A stretch of 64,000 nt of DNA from Candidatus Poribacteria bacterium (lineage in GTDB: Bacteria; Poribacteria; WGA-4E; PCPOR2b), in NCBI GenBank assembly GCA_965208675.1, contig OZ242351.1:3168001-3232000 (forward strand), given 5' to 3'. The notes beneath the pieces were generated by a model. That model was not told the origin of the DNA and did not search any database. It saw nothing but the letters and a program-made list of their open reading frames with translations. Numbering within the stretch: position 1 is the stretch's first letter; the number at the start of each line of letters is the position of its first letter. Made by a program: the position numbers and the translations under genes. Shown here one piece after another: positions 37,867-48,128 of this stretch.

Positions 37867-40761
37867 ATGCCACGTAGACTCATTGAGGAAGCCTTTCCGT
37901 TGCAGAAGGTTTCCAAGGATTCAATAGATGAACAGGAGGTGAACCACGGAAGACCGAATGGCTTACACTATTGGCCCGCGCGCCGTCCTCTCGCCGCATG
38001 CCGCGCCGTAACAATAGCAACTTTGCTGCCCGATCCCGGCGATGCCCCTGAAATAATGAAAAGGGAGTACACACGACTTTCCGGGTCGCCGTTGCCTGAC
38101 AAACAGCGTGACTACGTTTGCGACCTCATTTCTTCGCTGACCCGTTGGGGCGATGAAAATGGACAGGCGAATTGGGACGAAAAAGACCAGAAAGGACGCT
38201 GGCTCAATAAGCTACGAATCGCCAGAGAACTCGTACAGAAGGCGTACGACGGGCGTCCGCCGAAAGTGATGGATATGTTTGCTGGGGGAGGTGCCATTCC
38301 GCTTGAGGCAATGCGGCTCGGTTGTTCGGTGACAGCCAACGACTATAACCCGGTGGCGTGGTTCCTACTCAAGTGCACACTTGAATATCCTCAACGGTTT
38401 GCCGGAAAGACCTATGAACTTCCTGACTTGAATCTTAATGAACACCCCGATTTAAGAAATGGAGATCTCGCTAATCATGTCCGCTTGTGGGGGCAGTGGA
38501 TTTTGGAAAAAGCCCGCGATGATCTCGTGCAATACTATCCCCTAATTAATGACAAACCCACGGTCGCCTATCTCTGGGCGAGAACGATTCCGTGCCAAGA
38601 TCCAAGATGCGATGGGACGATTCCACTGCTCAAGACCCTCTGGGTTTGTAAAAAAGCTGAGAAAACACTTACGGACACCCCTGACAATCGAAAACGTCCT
38701 GACTTTCTCCGACTAAAAAAAACAAAAAGTCGGACCAAAGTCATCATAAATGGAAAGCGTGCACTTAAGTTCAGGCCTGACTTCGAGACGAAGCGTGTCC
38801 ACTTTGAGATTTTCACACCTAAAGACTCAGGGGATGTTGGGGAACCTACAATGTCCGGGTCGACAGCAACCTGTCCGTTTTGCTGCTCACAACAGCCTGG
38901 GGACTACATCAAGCAGTGTGGACATGAGGGCAAACTTAAGGCGCAGATGACTACAGTTGTCTATCAAGAGAAACATGGCAAAGAATATCGTCCCCCCACT
39001 CAGGCGGAGATTGCCGCCGCGGACGTGTCAACAGAAGCGTTGGCTGCAATTACCGATGCAATTCCACATGGGATTCCTGATGAACCAATGCCTGGACCTG
39101 CAACGCTCGGATTTCGTGTTCCACTCTACGGCTTTAAGAAATGGTCGGATCTCTTCACACCCCGGCAGTTGTTGGCGTTGATGACATTCGTGAAATGGAC
39201 GCGAGCGGCTAGGATAGAGATGGAAAATTTCAGTTATTCATCTGAGTGGATCGAAGCAGTATCAGCTTACCTCGCGCTGCTGATTAGCAAGATCGCAGAC
39301 TACAACTGCACCAGTGCAACTTGGGGTTTGAATCAGGAAGCGGTTGGGCGTTTGTTTGTTGCCGCACGGATTCCGATTACTTGGGATTACGGAGAGGCAA
39401 ACATGATTGGTGGGTCGAGCGGTTCGTATCAGCTCCATCAAATAGTCCAGGGACGAGTGTTATCCCGCTTATTTGGCTGGCCCCATATCCAAGACCCCTC
39501 ACCGTCGGTAACCTGTGGGGATGTGCTTCAGACGGCGTTTCCGTCCGACGTGGATCTGATTGTGACGGATCCACCGTACTACGATGCAGTTCCGTATGCG
39601 GATGCCTCCGATTTCTTCTTTGTGTGGAACAAAAGAAATGGATTCATTCCAGAGACACTTGGTGTTCAAACCGATGATTCCGTCGTGCCGAAAGCGGCGG
39701 AACTAATTCAGCATACCGCTCGGTTCGGTGGGGCTAAGGATGAGGCGAGGGAATATTACACACAGGGTATGAAAAAGGCGTTCGCGCGGGCACATCGCAC
39801 CCTATCTGATGATGCACTTATAGTTATCGTTTTTGCTCACAAAGATCCAGAGGCGTGGGAGACGTTGCTAACAGCAATCATTGGTGCGGGCTTCACTGTG
39901 ACCGCATCGTGGCCAATTGATACAGAAAAAGCAAGCCGAATGCGCGGGAAGAACTCCGCCGCGCTCGCGACTTCGCTGTGGCTGGTCTGCCGAAAGCGAC
40001 TAGAGAACGCAAAAGTGGGGCATTACAGCAAAGTCAAAGAAACAATGCAGCAACGGATTACCGAACGCCTGCGGTATTTCTGGGATGCCGGAATTCAAGG
40101 ACCGGACTTCGTCTGGACGGCGATAGGCCCTGCGTTGGAAAGCTATTCCAGCTATAAAGAGGTCCGGCGGATGGATGGAGGGGCGTTTACGGTGGCAGAG
40201 TTTCTCACAGAGGTACGGCGTATCGTGACAGACTTTGCATTGGGACAAATTCTGCACGGCGCAAGCACGGAAGCGCTAGACGAATGGACACGCTACTACC
40301 TGATGCACATGAATCACTTCGGAGCGGGGGATGCGCCGGTGGGCGAGTGCATTCTATTGGCGCAAGGGTATGGACTGCCGCTTGACGATTTGACGGAACG
40401 CCGAATCGGTATTTTGACGAAAGCCTCGTCAGGTAACGCGCTCCGTCTGTTGGATCATACCGACCGGCGTTCGGATCGAGTGGGACAGACTCACCCCTCC
40501 GGTGGACTGCCAATGGTAGACATGCTCCATAGGGTCATGAATCTCTGGAAGGCTGGTGACCAAAAGCTGATTAGCACCTATCTCACCGAGCAGGGTTTGC
40601 GAGAAAACAACCTCTTTAAGTCGGTCGTTCAAGCCCTCATCGAAATGAGTCCGCAGGGTTCCGATGAAAGATCGCTTTTGGAGACAATCATCAATTACAC
40701 CCCAAATCTATCGGGGGAGGACACCGAACAACAACTCACTTTTCGAGAGATTACCCCATGA
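37867..40761 (+). CDS. DUF1156-family adenine-specific DNA methyltransferase
   Basis: RLIE..FP...S, H.WPARRPLAACRA, DMFAGGGAIPLE (SAM binding), CxxxC/CPFC Zn-ribbon, TDPPYYD (catalytic motif IV). Confidence 0.92.
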   Translation: MPRRLIEEAFPLQKVSKDSIDEQEVNHGRPNGLHYWPARRPLAACRAVTIATLLPDPGDAPEIMKREYTRLSGSPLPDKQRDYVCDLISSLTRWGDENGQANWDEKDQKGRWLNKLRIARELVQKAYDGRPPKVMDMFAGGGAIPLEAMRLGCSVTANDYNPVAWFLLKCTLEYPQRFAGKTYELPDLNLNEHPDLRNGDLANHVRLWGQWILEKARDDLVQYYPLINDKPTVAYLWARTIPCQDPRCDGTIPLLKTLWVCKKAEKTLTDTPDNRKRPDFLRLKKTKSRTKVIINGKRALKFRPDFETKRVHFEIFTPKDSGDVGEPTMSGSTATCPFCCSQQPGDYIKQCGHEGKLKAQMTTVVYQEKHGKEYRPPTQAEIAAADVSTEALAAITDAIPHGIPDEPMPGPATLGFRVPLYGFKKWSDLFTPRQLLALMTFVKWTRAARIEMENFSYSSEWIEAVSAYLALLISKIADYNCTSATWGLNQEAVGRLFVAARIPITWDYGEANMIGGSSGSYQLHQIVQGRVLSRLFGWPHIQDPSPSVTCGDVLQTAFPSDVDLIVTDPPYYDAVPYADASDFFFVWNKRNGFIPETLGVQTDDSVVPKAAELIQHTARFGGAKDEAREYYTQGMKKAFARAHRTLSDDALIVIVFAHKDPEAWETLLTAIIGAGFTVTASWPIDTEKASRMRGKNSAALATSLWLVCRKRLENAKVGHYSKVKETMQQRITERLRYFWDAGIQGPDFVWTAIGPALESYSSYKEVRRMDGGAFTVAEFLTEVRRIVTDFALGQILHGASTEALDEWTRYYLMHMNHFGAGDAPVGECILLAQGYGLPLDDLTERRIGILTKASSGNALRLLDHTDRRSDRVGQTHPSGGLPMVDMLHRVMNLWKAGDQKLISTYLTEQGLRENNLFKSVVQALIEMSPQGSDERSLLETIINYTPNLSGEDTEQQLTFREITP

Positions 40762-40799
40762 TTGCTGAGATTCAAAGCACAATCATAGCGGAGTATGTT

Positions 40800-41130
40800 T
40801 TGTGGGAGGGGCATCCTTGCCCCGATAAGCAAACGAAATGATGAGTTTATGCGAAACCAAGAAGAATGGATGGAAGGGACAAAACTGGAAGGTTGGAAGG
40901 ATAGGTACAAGTTGCTTTGAATCCCGATCCCATCGAGGACCTACCCCTAAATTCTTTCCAAAGATTCGCGCTCCAGTGGCTCAGTTTGTAGTAACGCGTT
41001 CATTGCGCGTTCTTCCTTCCCCCTGCTTGCGGGGGGATAGAGGGGGGACGGGCGATAAATCGTCCTACGACAAACCATCGGTCAAAAATCCGTGCAATCC
41101 CTTAATCCGTTTAATCCGCGATTCAGACAA
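40800..41130. repeat. Mosaic of several REP-like repeat families in the MTase-ATPase gap
   Basis: GTGGAGGGGCATCCTTGCCCC hairpin, GGAAG-periodic run, GTAGTAACGCGTTCATTGCGCG (cf. 44959), CCCCTGCTTGCGGGGGG and an AATCC-periodic element. Confidence 0.6.
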
Positions 41131-41178
41131 TTATTATGTCCCCCTACAGATACTTACAGTCTTTGAAAAGGAGATAAC

Positions 41179-44100
41179 ATGAACAACATCGCATGGCATG
41201 AACATTGTGTGTTGAGAGATGATGTTCGCCAAGGTACACTCACACTCGCAGAATTTGCGGCGGATCTGTATGGAGTGCGAACAGATGATGCGCCGAATGT
41301 TTATCGATTGCCCGATCGATTTTTTGACCGCACCTACCCAACCTACAACCTGAAAACATTGGTGCGAGATGTATTTCAGCGGTTATCGGGGCGCGGCGGA
41401 AAGCCTGTGATTCGGGTTCAAGTCGCTTACGGCGGCGGTAAAACTCACGCACTGATTGCTCTGTTACATTTGGCAGAGCAGGGCAATCAATTGAAAACCC
41501 ATCGAACCGTGCAGGAGTTTATAGGATTCAGTGGGATCGATCCACTGCCGCGGGCGAGAGTTGCCCTACTGCCGTTCGATAAATTTGACGTGAGAGCGGG
41601 ACTTTCGGTATTCAGTCCTGAAGGGACGCCGCGGCAAGTCAAAACACCGTGGGGTGCGTTGGCTTATCAGTTGGCAGGTAATGATGGGCTGGAAAAGGTC
41701 GCTGAACATGAAGCCGGTTATGTCACACCCGCTGAACCCCTCCTTGTTGAACTCCTGAAAACACCGCACGCCGCGGGGTTATCCACGCTCGTCCTAATTG
41801 ATGAAACCCTCATGTACATGCGCGGTGCGGCAAACGATGATCCGAGGCGATTGGGAATTCTTCAAGATTTTTTCCAAATACTTACACAAGCGGTTAGCAG
41901 GACGGACGGCACCGCAATTGTTGCTAGCCTCATTACGTCGGAGGTTGTGTCTGGCGATTCAACCGGTGCCCAAGTTTTAAGTGCGGTGGAGAGTGTGTTC
42001 CGTCGCGTCGAAGAAACGGTTGAACCGGTGTCGCGTGACGACATCTCAGAATTGCTTAGACGGCGGTTATTTGAATCTATCCCGTCTGAGACAACACGTC
42101 GTACTATTGTAGACAGCCTTACTGGAGCGATGCAAAGACTGCCCCTGCGGGATTCGCAGAAGGATCGGGCTGCATACGATCAACTCTTGGAATCTTATCC
42201 ATTTCACCCGGAATTGCTCAATGTTTTCTATCAGAAGTGGACGCAATTGAGTAAATTCCAACGCACGCGCGGCGTCCTTCGGACATTTGCAACCGCCTTG
42301 AGAGCGTCCGACGGGAAAGATCTCGCTCCGTTTGTCGGACCGAGCGCGTTACTCGGAACGGAGGATAAACTCTCTGATGCGGTGGGTGAACTGATTGAAG
42401 CGTGCGAAGAGGGCAATCAGTGGACGCCAATTCTCGCTGGCGAACTTCAAAAAGCCCGCGAGATTCAGAGAGGTTTCCCGCTGCTCAAATCCCGAGAAAT
42501 AGAAGCATCCGTGCTCTCTACCTTTCTGCATTCACAGCCGCTTGGGCAGAAAGCGGATCTGACAGACCTCTATCCACTGCTCGCACACCCGGATATCGAC
42601 AAGATGTCGGTGGAGGATGGGCTTTCTGGGTGGCGCGACGTTTCCTGGTTTCTCAAAGAGGACGAAAGCATTTGGAGTCTAGGGATAACACCCAATCTCA
42701 CCAGCATGCACGCACGGGCAATGGCGCGGCTGACAGAAGACCGAATCAACGACGATTTGATACAGCGGATAAGAAAAACCAGACTCGGTGAGAATACCGC
42801 TGAGGTGGTCGTTCACGTCTTGCCCGATTCATCCGCCGATGTTTCCGACAATCCCGATCTCCACTTCGTGGTTGTTGGTCCCGAGTCTTCCGCAGTGCCC
42901 GGCGCGGATGTCCCCGAATCCCTCAAAGTCTTTTTCGATAGGACCTACCGTAACAACATCATCATACTTGCTCCTGATAACGCGCGGTTGGCAGGATTGC
43001 GCCAGCGAATTCGTAAGATTCTTGGTTGGGTGGGAATCGAAAGCGGCGATGAGTTAAACCTCTTGAGCGAACCGCAAAAAGCCCTGCTGCTGCAACGCAA
43101 ACGGGATGATGAAGCCGGCATCGCAGATTCCATCAAATTGACATATAGTGTACTGATTGCGATTGACGAGGCGGGTAAAATTAAAGCACATCTGTTGCCG
43201 CCGGGACCTGCATCACCCTTTGATCGGATAACAACCTTTCTGGTGGAAGCAGAACGCCTTCTGACGACCTCACTGGATCCGGACCTGCTAACACCCGACA
43301 GCATTTTTGAACTGTGGGGCGCCGATGAAACCTCAAAGCCTATCCAAGGACTATATCGCATGTTTGCCAGCCTTCCCCGGCTGCCTAGATTGTTGGGACG
43401 GACGGTATTCGTCGAAACACTTCAACGCGGCATTACAGCAGGACGAATAGTCCTGCGTGACGTTCGATCGGACGGCTCTCAGCGCACATTCTGGCGCGAA
43501 TCGCCATCCGCTGAAGAGCTCGCAAAACGAGATTTGGAAATTGTTCCGGTTGAACACGCAGAACTCCACAATCTTAGCCCCGAGTTGTTGCGTCCTGGGG
43601 TATTACCGGAACTGTGGCAAAACGATAATGTTCCGATAACGGTGGGTGGAATTCGGGAATACTTCGAACGAGACGACGTTCCGACACTCGCGTCCGACGC
43701 GATTCTGTTCGGTGCAATCAGGGCTGCAGTTGACGCAGGTATGCTGATGGGACGCAGCCGGAGCAAAGCTTATTATAAGGAAGCGTTGCCTGAATCCGAA
43801 TTTCATGATGACTTGGAGCTACTCGCCCCGCCCGAACCCCTTCGTGGCGGGGAAATTACGCAGCACACGCTGCCCGAGGCGTGGGAAGGGAACAAATCCT
43901 CTGTCGGTAAGGTGATGGCTGAACTCGTCAAACGTCGAGGAGGTCCGATGCCGTGGACCTTCATAGTTGACGCTGTCAACGACGGTTTGGACAAAAAACT
44001 CTTTGAAATCGGCGAAAGCAGCCGCGCTTGGCCCTGTGATGCCGACAATGCGGACAAGATTGGTTTAAAAGTTTCGGAAGCGCCTATGACGCTATCTCCC

Positions 44101-44541
44101 GCCGAGATTGTGGCGGTGATGCAAAATCCACCCGATAGTTCGGGTTATGTCACACTTGAATGGATAAAACACGCGCTCGAATCCAAGAAAGGCTTTCCCA
44201 TTTCCGATGGTGTCTTTCGCTATGCGGTCGATCAAGCATTAAAAAACAAACTGATCATTGCTGAGGATCCGCCGGTCAGCGACTTTTATCAAACGCCGGT
44301 ACGGCTCCCATTATGGGTAGGTCATACTGAATCGCACCTCACTGAAACTCAAATCCAGGATTTCGCAGAAACCGTTAGCGACTTTTCCGAAATTGCACCT
44401 GAGCTTGAGTTTGAATTTCGAATCGTGGTTACTGCGGAGGGAGAATCCCCGTCAAGGGAGGTGTTGGAAAAGATAAACAACAAATTTCGCACGGTGACAG
44501 ACAAGCTGGAGTTTCCTGTGGAATCGAACTCCGAAAGCTAA
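41179..44541 (+). CDS. DUF499-family AAA+ ATPase
   Basis: W......R.DV..G......FAADL, FF.RTY.T, Walker A AYGGGKTH, TPWG.LAYQL, Walker B LIDE, YPFHPEL, FQRTRGVLR; AAGGAG SD. Confidence 0.9.
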   Translation: MNNIAWHEHCVLRDDVRQGTLTLAEFAADLYGVRTDDAPNVYRLPDRFFDRTYPTYNLKTLVRDVFQRLSGRGGKPVIRVQVAYGGGKTHALIALLHLAEQGNQLKTHRTVQEFIGFSGIDPLPRARVALLPFDKFDVRAGLSVFSPEGTPRQVKTPWGALAYQLAGNDGLEKVAEHEAGYVTPAEPLLVELLKTPHAAGLSTLVLIDETLMYMRGAANDDPRRLGILQDFFQILTQAVSRTDGTAIVASLITSEVVSGDSTGAQVLSAVESVFRRVEETVEPVSRDDISELLRRRLFESIPSETTRRTIVDSLTGAMQRLPLRDSQKDRAAYDQLLESYPFHPELLNVFYQKWTQLSKFQRTRGVLRTFATALRASDGKDLAPFVGPSALLGTEDKLSDAVGELIEACEEGNQWTPILAGELQKAREIQRGFPLLKSREIEASVLSTFLHSQPLGQKADLTDLYPLLAHPDIDKMSVEDGLSGWRDVSWFLKEDESIWSLGITPNLTSMHARAMARLTEDRINDDLIQRIRKTRLGENTAEVVVHVLPDSSADVSDNPDLHFVVVGPESSAVPGADVPESLKVFFDRTYRNNIIILAPDNARLAGLRQRIRKILGWVGIESGDELNLLSEPQKALLLQRKRDDEAGIADSIKLTYSVLIAIDEAGKIKAHLLPPGPASPFDRITTFLVEAERLLTTSLDPDLLTPDSIFELWGADETSKPIQGLYRMFASLPRLPRLLGRTVFVETLQRGITAGRIVLRDVRSDGSQRTFWRESPSAEELAKRDLEIVPVEHAELHNLSPELLRPGVLPELWQNDNVPITVGGIREYFERDDVPTLASDAILFGAIRAAVDAGMLMGRSRSKAYYKEALPESEFHDDLELLAPPEPLRGGEITQHTLPEAWEGNKSSVGKVMAELVKRRGGPMPWTFIVDAVNDGLDKKLFEIGESSRAWPCDADNADKIGLKVSEAPMTLSPAEIVAVMQNPPDSSGYVTLEWIKHALESKKGFPISDGVFRYAVDQALKNKLIIAEDPPVSDFYQTPVRLPLWVGHTESHLTETQIQDFAETVSDFSEIAPELEFEFRIVVTAEGESPSREVLEKINNKFRTVTDKLEFPVESNSES

Positions 44542-44778
44542 GCGTAATGCGCGGATTTTTGGTTGATGCCGTTCAACTCAAACTACTCTATTCAGATGTT
44601 TCAGACGGAAACCCAAAATATGTGAGGTTTTGTGACATCCGTAGATATTTTACAAAACCGAAACGCCTCCGAATCCGCATCACAAGCGGGCTTCAGCGAA
44701 TCTCACAAGTCCGTTTTCCACATCACACCATACCTCACAAAATGTGACACGGTGTGAGGTTTTGTGGCATCCTGTAGT

Positions 44779-44814
44779 GTAGGTTGGGTTTTGCCGTTGA
44801 CTCAACCCAACCTA
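44779..44814. repeat. Minimal GTAG REP hairpin
   Basis: GTAGGTTGGGTT-TTGCCGTTGACTC-AACCCAACCTAC; same termini as the 19828 and 30624 elements, with further termini at 32817 and ~45580. Confidence 0.75.
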
Positions 44815-45642
44815 CAACCTCCTTCCTCCTTGGTAAGGAGGGGAATGAACATTGAATGAACCGAAAAAGATCTCCCACCGTGAGAGAGAACTATCACCCT
44901 CCCTATTCAGTCGGTTGATAGCTCAATCCTACCTACAGAACCTTACGCAATTCAGTTTGTAGTGGCGCAATTTATTGCGCGTCCGGCAGGCCGTTCTCTT
45001 CCTCCATCTGACATGTTGTTTTATGTAGAAACGGGCAATGAAGAGGAATCACTATCGCCTTCACTATTCGCTCAGTTGATCCCTACTACATACCTTCGGG
45101 CGTTCAACTGCAAAACTCCTATTTTAGCAAAATTTTAATTTTTCACAGTTTTTCATAGTGTGGTGTCACGCCGCGCCCGATGAAACCCGCCTAAAGATCT
45201 GTCCACGACTGGATTACCGACCGTTTTCTCTGCAATTCGGAACTACATCAGAACTGCGCCAAACTATGAAAACTATGAAATTTTGAATTATCTGTAAAGT
45301 TGCAATATCCCTATTGTTAAAATTCGCCATTGCAATACCCGCTTTCGCAACCCTTTTTTCATTTGATTTTTGAGTACGGTTTCAACAATCCACCAAAATC
45401 TGGTTAGCGACCGAACAAGGAACGCTATAGTTTTCGTGTCGGTGAAGACTATCGCCTTCGCTATTCACTCAGTTGATCGTTGGGTTTCGCTGCAGGCTAA
45501 CAACTTTCAAACTGTTGCCTCCCCTGAAACCCTTCCTAAATATGAAACAACCCCTACCGAATCCGCTCTACCCAACCTACAAATACTTTCCATCAAGTTG
45601 AACGTAAACGATGCGCCCAGAATCCCGCCCAAATTTTACATC

Positions 45643-45671
45643 TTGACATATCAACCATATTCTGGAATAAT
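45643..45671 (+). promoter_or_regulatory. Sigma70-type promoter for the glycosyltransferase
   Basis: TTGACA-N17-AATAAT upstream of ATG 45706. Confidence 0.55.
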
Positions 45672-45705
45672 CAAAACAGCCATTTCCGCCAGAAAGCAAT
45701 GGAGC

Positions 45706-46929
45706 ATGAATATTCTTTTCCTATCTATCACGGTTCCGTTCCCGCCCAACGATGGCGGACGCATCCGCATATTGAACTTGCTCAAACAGATTGCCTCCAA
45801 AAACCGGATTTCCCTGCTAGCGCTGGAAACTGCACCGACGGATAGTGAAGGAATTGCCTACCTCCGCGAATTGGGGATTGACGCCCATCTGGTGCAACGA
45901 GCCCCGAATTTGCCGCCGCTGCGCCCGAACACGGCTTTACGCGCCCTTATAATGAGGCAGCCCATTACCGTGGCTCGTTACTATTTCCCGGCATTCAAAC
46001 AAAAATTGCACGCGCTGTTGACGCAAAACACCTTTGATTTGATTGACCACGAATACCTGCATACGGCGCCATATCGCGTAAAGGCGAATCTGCCCGCATT
46101 GCTCACCGCGCATAATGTCGATTCTCACATTTGGCGCCGCCTGTGTCAACAGACAAATAATCCCGCGCGCAAATTCCTATTCTGGTCACAGAAATACCTC
46201 TTTGAACGCTACGAACGCCGGACACTGCCAAAATTCGATGCGATTGCGTGCACCTCCGAAACCGATCGCGCCGTACTCCAGAGCATCGCTCCCAATGCCG
46301 CCGTTGACGTGATTCCCAATGGGGTAGACTTGGAGTTGTATCAACCAAACCACACGTGTGAGGACGAAGCCGCCCTCGTCTTCACCGGTAGTATGGATTG
46401 GTATCCAAACGAGGACGCCGTCATCTATTTCGCGGATGAGATTTTTCCAATAATTAAAGCCAGGCGGGCAGATGCAAAATTTTACATTGTCGGGCAGCAT
46501 CCCACGAATCGAGTGCAAAAACTAGGGGAGCGTCCGGGGATTATCGTTACCGGGAGAGTCGAAGATACCAAGCCGTACATCGCGCGCGCAACGGTTTACG
46601 TCGTACCCCTGCGGATTGGCAGCGGTACGCGCCTCAAAATTCTTGAAGCGCTCGCCATGGAAAAAGCTGTTGTTTCAACAACGGTAGGAGAAGAGGGTTT
46701 AAATCTAATTGGCGGCGAAGAAATTATCATCGCTGACGAACCGGCGCGCTTTGCCGATGCCGTCGTTCAACTCATTGGAGATAAACAGATGCGCCGGCAG
46801 ATCGGGGAAAAAGGCTGGCAGCGCGTCGAGGCTGATTACGACTGGCGCCGAATCGGCGAGAAATTACATCAGCTTTACGAATCAGTTGTAACCAATCACT
46901 CACGGAAAAGCAGTGCCAGTGGTCAGTGA
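45706..46929 (+). CDS. Glycosyltransferase family 4
   Basis: MNILFLS...PFPP..GG.IR, HNVDS, PNGVD, F.GSMDWYPN, GSGTRLKILEALAM..AVVST.VG.EG. The longer ORF start at 45370 runs through repeat DNA. Confidence 0.9.
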   Translation: MNILFLSITVPFPPNDGGRIRILNLLKQIASKNRISLLALETAPTDSEGIAYLRELGIDAHLVQRAPNLPPLRPNTALRALIMRQPITVARYYFPAFKQKLHALLTQNTFDLIDHEYLHTAPYRVKANLPALLTAHNVDSHIWRRLCQQTNNPARKFLFWSQKYLFERYERRTLPKFDAIACTSETDRAVLQSIAPNAAVDVIPNGVDLELYQPNHTCEDEAALVFTGSMDWYPNEDAVIYFADEIFPIIKARRADAKFYIVGQHPTNRVQKLGERPGIIVTGRVEDTKPYIARATVYVVPLRIGSGTRLKILEALAMEKAVVSTTVGEEGLNLIGGEEIIIADEPARFADAVVQLIGDKQMRRQIGEKGWQRVEADYDWRRIGEKLHQLYESVVTNHSRKSSASGQ

Positions 46930-47003
46930 CCAGTGGCTAGTGATGTGTGGTGTACATTCCGTTACAGAAACCGAGTTTTGAAGGATAAAAACTCGGTTTC
47001 AAA

Positions 47004-47849
47004 CTACTGGTTGTACCAGTTATGGATAACGTAAACCGGGTCAGAACCTTTTGCGAGCTGAATCGAAGCGCTATCTGCATTCGGCGTGAACTCGTTTCGC
47101 AGAGTACTCGGAACATCCGCGTCCATGTCCGGATCGACTCGCAATCCTGATAAACCCCAACGTAGATTCTTGCTGCTTGCCACAATCACATGGGGATGCG
47201 CTGCAACTAGCGAGATCCGCTGCAACCCCTCGTTTTTTCGTTCTAATGTCAAATCCGAAACTACAAAATGAATCGTTTGGAAAACGTCCCGCATTTCTGC
47301 ACAATAAGCATTACGAGAAACGGAAGGTGATTCGTTAATTCGGCCGCCTTGACTGGTTGGTGAGAGCGGCTGGGTTGAACTAATGGCTTTCACAAGTTTT
47401 TTTGAAAATACGCCAAAACCGAAGCGCATGAGTTTCAGATTCCCAAGGAAATGGTCGGTCTCATAGCCATTCGACTTAGGCAACCCGCCGTAGATAATAA
47501 TCTGGGCGGAGTTGAATTCCTCTATTGCATAGGCTACCGCTAATTGTCCATCTGTATAATCCTTGTCAACCATGCCAACCCACTCGTGGATAATTCGCAT
47601 GCCGCCTGCTCGGAAACCTTCGATACCGCGTATTGTCTGGGCTTCATCCAATGAATCGAGATCGCCGATAAGCACCGTTGGGGCAAACTGAGCGCCATAC
47701 GTCTGATTGACGTTACAAAAACACTGCAACCCTGCATCAGCGCAGATTAATGGGTATCTGTTCTCCAACCCCCATTCAATCTCCTGTCTGTAGAACTCAG
47801 GATTGCCAGAGTCGTAATTGCCGTTTAGGAAGATTAATGCAGGTTTGAT
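47004..47849 (-). CDS. Thiamine pyrophosphokinase-like protein (N-terminus extends upstream of the called TTG at 47768)
   Basis: IKPALIFLNG, ICADAG, IGDLDS, DKDYTDG.LA, GG....DH.LGN, NLRW.L...NEF: the TPK motif order. Confidence 0.75.
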   Translation of the reverse strand: MKPALIFLNGNYDSGNPEFYRQEIEWGLENRYPLICADAGLQCFCNVNQTYGAQFAPTVLIGDLDSLDEAQTIRGIEGFRAGGMRIIHEWVGMVDKDYTDGQLAVAYAIEEFNSAQIIIYGGLPKSNGYETDHFLGNLKLMRFGFGVFSKKLVKAISSTQPLSPTSQGGRINESPSVSRNAYCAEMRDVFQTIHFVVSDLTLERKNEGLQRISLVAAHPHVIVASSKNLRWGLSGLRVDPDMDADVPSTLRNEFTPNADSASIQLAKGSDPVYVIHNWYNQ

Positions 47850-48128
47850 TGGGATTTGCCTCCGTTACAGACAGAAACCGAGTTTTGAATAAAAAACTCG
47901 GTTTCAAATTACACATCTTACACTGTATAAAGGGATTCACGCGGATTAGGTATTAGCCGATTTCAGCTTATGTTACAGAAGAATTGAAAGGCGAGTATAG
48001 TATATCATAAAACCAGTGGCTAGTTGCCAGTGGTCAGTGAAAAAACTGGTCACTAGCCGCAGGCAGCGGTGCACCGCTTTTAGAGCTACTCCCTCTTGGG
48101 GTCGCCCAGACATTGAAAGGAAAAACGG

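Noticed and set aside
40838-41182. 114-aa ORF between the methylase and the ATPase
   Set aside because: It is composed of recognisable intergenic repeat modules, so it is likely spurious.
45370-45705. 112-aa N-terminal extension of the glycosyltransferase
   Set aside because: It is read-through of REP repeat DNA; the promoter and the family N-terminus point to ATG 45706.
47310-47405. In-frame repeat-derived insertion in the TPK-like gene (PLSPTSQGG)
   Set aside because: An insertion relative to typical TPKs is plausible, but similarity to the CCTTACCAAGG repeat is too weak to claim.
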